Source of the DNA: Cyanophora paradoxa CCMP329
Taxonomy: Eukaryota > Plantae > Glaucophyta
Assembly (NCBI GenBank): GCA_004431415.1
Contig: QPMI01000437.1
Span: 62,001-126,000, forward strand
Reading direction: 5' to 3'
DNA length: 64,000 nt
The first letter of the stretch is position 1. Every line of letters starts with the position of its first letter. Below are positions 59,706 to 64,000 of the stretch, piece by piece. Below the pieces are notes generated by a model. The model saw only the letters and a list, made by a program, of their open reading frames with translations, had not been told where the DNA came from and did no database searches. The position numbers were made by a program, and so were the translations under genes.

Positions 59706-62700
59706 TCACGAGGTTCGCATGATCATGGGCTCGGGAGCTACAGCAGCTGCGGCGCCGGAGCCTGAGCCTTCGATCGCCCGCTCGGCTGTCGAGAGGCACT
59801 CCCCGAGCTCCTTCGCCCGCACCGGCTTCTGCAGCGCGGGGCGTGGGCGGCCGCGGGCGGAGATCTAGAGGCCTAGGGCAGTCCCGGCCGCGCGCGGGAG
59901 ATAAGCTGGTTTAGATATCGATAATCGATATAGATATCGGGCGTCTCCGTCTCCACTCGAATAGCTCTCGACTCGTCTTCGTCAGCGAATTCGAGTTCGG
60001 AGGACGAATTCGAAGAATTTGGATTCGAAGCTTATATCAAGGGGCGGAGAAGCTTAAGCTTATATGACGGGACGCACGGCGAGGAAGGCGTCGCATCTTT
60101 TAATTATATTGAGGGGCGGAGAAGCTCATATCAAGGGGCTCGTACAAAGAATCTGGATTAATATTCGAAGCTTATAAATGAAAAAGCGCACGGCGAGGAA
60201 GGCGTCGTAGCCGGCGGCGGCGCACTCCCGCCGGTCGTGGGCGCCCACGTTGGCGGAGAGGGCGACGGCGAAGGGCCGGCGCGCGGGGGGCAGCTCGGCC
60301 CGCAGCCGCTGCGCCAGCTCCAGCCCGTCCATCTCCGGCACTGCACATAAATTAGAAAGCTTATATTGTAGATTAGTTATAGAAGCTTATAGCTTAAAGC
60401 TTGTAGCCTATAGCCCGTCCATCTCCGCCACAAGGCGAGAGCTGATAAATAAGTACACGTGTGCGTAACGACGATGCGGAGTTCATTTTTTGAAGCTCAG
60501 TGGTCATTGGATTAGAATGCTTAAGCTTCGCTGGTCGCGTTCGCTTGATTAACATGATTTAAAACTCTCTGAGCTCTCTTGATTCGAAGCTCTCTGAGAC
60601 AGGGCGCACTCGTATGCATCAAATTGAACAAAATATAGCCGCAGACGTTAGAAGCGGAATTAAAGCTTTTCGAGACAGGGCGCACTCATGATGTCGGAGA
60701 GGAGGATGCGGAAGGGGCGGGGCCCCGCGGCGGCCTCGCGGGCGGCCCGCAGCGCCTCGGCGCCGTTGGCGGCGTGGTGGACGTCCCCGTAGCCCAGCCG
60801 CCGCAACTGCACCAGCACGATCTTCGCGTTCGTCTGCACGCACTCCGAGGCTCAGGATCGATATCGAACCAACCAAACTCAAAGCTTAATTTATTGACGA
60901 CTGGGGAGTTTTAAGGTCCAGGCCGCTCAGATCAGATCAGATCAGATCTGATTATATAAGTGGGCTCACGGGCGTGTCCTCCGCGAAAAGAATCCGAGGC
61001 TTCGGGGGCAGCTGCTGCGGTCCTCCCTCCGCCTCCGTTGACGTCGCCGGTGCTGGCTCCGGACGTGCCTCGGGCTCCGCAGGGACGGGTGGGGCACGCG
61101 GGGCCGGCTCGGGGGATCCGGAGGGCCGCGGGGCCGGGGCCGGTGGGGCGCGGCGGCGGGCGGCGTCGGCGAGGGTGGAGTGGAGGACGGCCTCGGAGAC
61201 GGGCAGGCGGAGGGAGACCACGCCCGCCCGGCAGCACCCTGCGCGCCCGCCCAGCGCTAGCCACTCAAGGAAGGGATTTATATATATCAGAGCAGGGGCC
61301 GGGGCGCCGGCCTAGCGCCTAGGGCTGGAGGCCTACATTTATATATGTGGCCGGCGGTATTATATATATTATTAAGCTACACATGTCGGGCGAGTCTTGG
61401 CTTGCTTGCAAGTCAAGGGCCGCACTGGGGTCCAGGACGACGGAGAGATATATATTCGAAGGATCCTAAGGAGGCTAAGGAGGCTTTATATTTGTGATAG
61501 CTGCACTGGCTTTAAGGGTTTAATATGATTGCTTGGCCGCACGGGGGTCCAGGACCACGGGGACGCGGAGGAGGACGAGCGGGGGCGGGGCGCCCCCCCC
61601 CGCGCCCCGCGCCCCCGCCAGCTCCCCCAGCATCCGTCCCACCTGCGCGCGGGCCAGCGATTATTGTAAATTTAAGGGGGCTCGGTCGACGCTTTATATT
61701 TTCGGCCGACGCTTATAAATAGAAAGACCGACGCTTATCAGTATAAGGGCCGACGCTTATAAATATAAAGGTCGCCGCCTATTAATATAAAGGGGCGCCA
61801 GCTCGCCGGCCGCCAGCGGACACGCTTTTGATGTACGCACGAAGGCGGGGAGATCGGGCGCGGGGATGGCGCCCGGCATGAAGAGGATGACCGCCGCCAG
61901 CAGCGCGCCCCGCCCCTCCTCCACCTCCCGCCGCACCGCCTTCAATTTCGCGCGCAAAAGATCAGCTCCAGGCGTGGGCGCGGCCTGGGCGGGGGCGCGG
62001 AGTGCACGCCTGCAGCGCCTCGTCGGGCGTGCGGGGGTTCGCGGTGCGCATGCCCCACGCCGCCGCGTCCTCCATCGCTGTGATGCCCCACACCTGCCCC
62101 CGCCGCCGAGGGCGCCTCAAGCTCGGCGCTCGATCAGCTTCTTATTATATAACTGATATAACGCACTTCCTCGTCGAAGGCGGCGATCAGCGTCCGCCCG
62201 CGCAGCCCCGGGTCCACCTCGGGGCCCTGAATGCGTGGCGCGCACCGCGCCGCCCCGCGTTGGATTCGGCGTAGCGGTTTCGAAAAGATCCCTTGGCCTG
62301 GGCCTGAGAAGAGGTTTTCGCACCACCTTCAACGCTCCGGCCGGGAGGGGCGTGGCGCGAAACAGGAACGCGAAGGTGGAGCCGCAGCCTGCGGGCCCAA
62401 ATTAAAGCAGGGCACAGGCGCTCAGAGCGGCAGCAGATCTAGAGCTCGACGCGCAGCTGGCGCCAGGCGCACGCACCGGGGGTGGACACGAGCTGCATGT
62501 CGCCGCCGAGGGCGCGAGCGATGCCGCGGGAGATGAAGAGCCCCAGGCCCGTCCCTGCCCGCGATCGGAGTAATTCAGAGCTCGACGCGCCTTGCATTAC
62601 ATCAAGATCGATATATATCTAGATCTAGCTATAGAGCTCGAGCCGCGAAATGACGCAAAACAAAAGACGAGCCGCGAAATGCCGCGAAAAAAGCCGCGAA

Positions 62701-64000
62701 ATGCTGATCATGAGCACCGCGAATTGTGGGTCTAGCGATAGCTATAGGGCCGCCGGGCCGCGCAATAATTCATATTTGAGACTTCACGATATCGATATAA
62801 TTAGATCCAGAGAGGGGTGCATCCGGAGCCGCCTCGCTAGATTATAGCCCAGTAGTAGTTGCTAGCTATATATAGTTTGGATCCGGAGCCGCCTCGCTCG
62901 ATTAATTATATTGCGAGCGCGCACCGGGGTGCCGCCGGCTCTTGGTGTTGTCGAGCTGCGTGAAGAACTCGAAGAGACGCCGCTGGTCCGCCTCCCCGAT
63001 CCCGCACCCCCCGTCTGCGCGCGCGCGCGTCAAACCTACGTGAAAGGCAGATCTAAATTTCTATTTCAAAAGTGGACGTCGCATTGATACACCACGGCAC
63101 ATGTGTCAATGTTCTACGTGACGTGCCCTTCCGACCGATCAACTAGATAGCTGAAGGTGCTAGCTAGGTGAAAGGCAGATCTAAGGGTGGCGGTGCCGGC
63201 CGCGGCGGCGGCGGCAGAAATTAAAAGGCAGATCTAGAGACGGCGGGGACCATCTCTGCCGCCGGCGGCAGGCAGGCGGGCCGGGCGCGCAGGTGACGTC
63301 GACGCGGTAGAACATCTAGATCTAGATCTACAGCCTAGATCTAGAAATTGAAGCTAAAGGCAGATCTAGATCTGAAGGCAGGCCGGCCGGGCGTGCCGGT
63401 GACGTCGACGCGGTAGAGGGCGGTGCCGTCGGGGCCGGGGCGCCCCTCCGCGTCCACCTCCACCGTGATGCGCCCCCCCTCCGAGAACTTGGCAGAGTCT
63501 GGCCGGCATGACCGTGCCGGAAGTTAAACATTAGCGTCAACGCGATAATGAGAGCTTTGAATCAGCGGCTGAATATTTATTCAAAGGGCGCACTGCCGAC
63601 GAGGTTGATGAGGACCTGGCGGATGCGGGCGGGGTCCGACACGATGCAGCGCTGCAGATTCCGCCGGATCTGCACACGCGGCGCGGGCCGAGGGGCGTCG
63701 ATCACGAATCAAGACTCAACGGCAAAGCGCGAGGCGCGAGATGGGAGGGGCCGAAGAGGGGGAGGGGAGGGGGGGGGAGGCGCAGGGGAGGCGCGGGGGG
63801 AGGGGGAGGGGAAGGGGGGGGGTAAAGGGGGGAAGCTTAAGGGGAAAGGGGGAAGGGGGGGGTGGGGGGGGGCGCACGACGAACTGCAGGGCGATGTTCT
63901 TCTGGCCCGTCACCTGCCCGCGGGCCTGCCAGTGAGACCCTAGGCCTGCCACGGCCGGCCAGATCTAGATGACGATCTAGATCTAAAGTTCCGCGCACGC
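59706..64000 (-). CDS. Hybrid sensor histidine kinase, 3' part (HATPase_c + receiver domain)
   Basis: DPARIRQVLINLVG (N box), DGGCGIGEADQRRLFEFFTQLD (G1/F), GTGLGLFISR (G2), RILFAEDTP/TNAKIV, ANGAEAL, ILLSDIM/MPEMDGLEL, ALSANV...GYDAFLA/KPV. Last exon 59706-59828; gene continues past the window. Confidence 0.9.

Noticed and set aside
59706-64000. Bacterial contamination or a recent HGT island suggested by the histidine kinase, DusA and ACT genes
   Set aside because: All are split by many host-style spliceosomal introns, and these families are established in algae and plants.
1-64000. tRNA/rRNA genes
   Set aside because: No cloverleaf or rRNA signature recognised by eye; a tRNAscan-SE or Infernal run would be needed to exclude them formally.

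Overview
Eukaryotic, GC-rich, intron-dense nuclear DNA. Introns are short with GTGCGC-type donors and frequent GC donors. A plastid-type transit peptide starting MSAF suggests a glaucophyte/red-lineage alga such as Cyanophora (inference only). Most of the supplied ORF track is shadow ORFs, so the genes were rebuilt by hand from splice sites. Left, accessory-like part (1-28 kb): (i) the 3' part of a gene with at least 15 tandem, phase-0, one-repeat-per-exon WD40 cassettes that are variable yet all frame-preserving; (ii) a coiled-coil gene whose intron holds a 4.2 kb Helentron/Helitron2-like element encoding C2H2 fingers plus a DUF6570-like region; (iii) a 5'-truncated duplicate of an ABC1K kinase gene; (iv) a large minus-strand gene with five divergent AP2-like 'EA..FRDRC' domains, interrupted by a 5'-truncated LINE flanked by a ~1.2 kb direct repeat. 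Right part (28-64 kb) holds mostly housekeeping genes in head-to-head pairs: SPRY protein, ABC1K, DusA, ACT-repeat protein, ATP-PFK, DET1, an unknown multi-TM protein and the 3' part of a hybrid histidine kinase. The best candidates for an undescribed system are the WD40 exon-cassette array and the multi-AP2-like gene.
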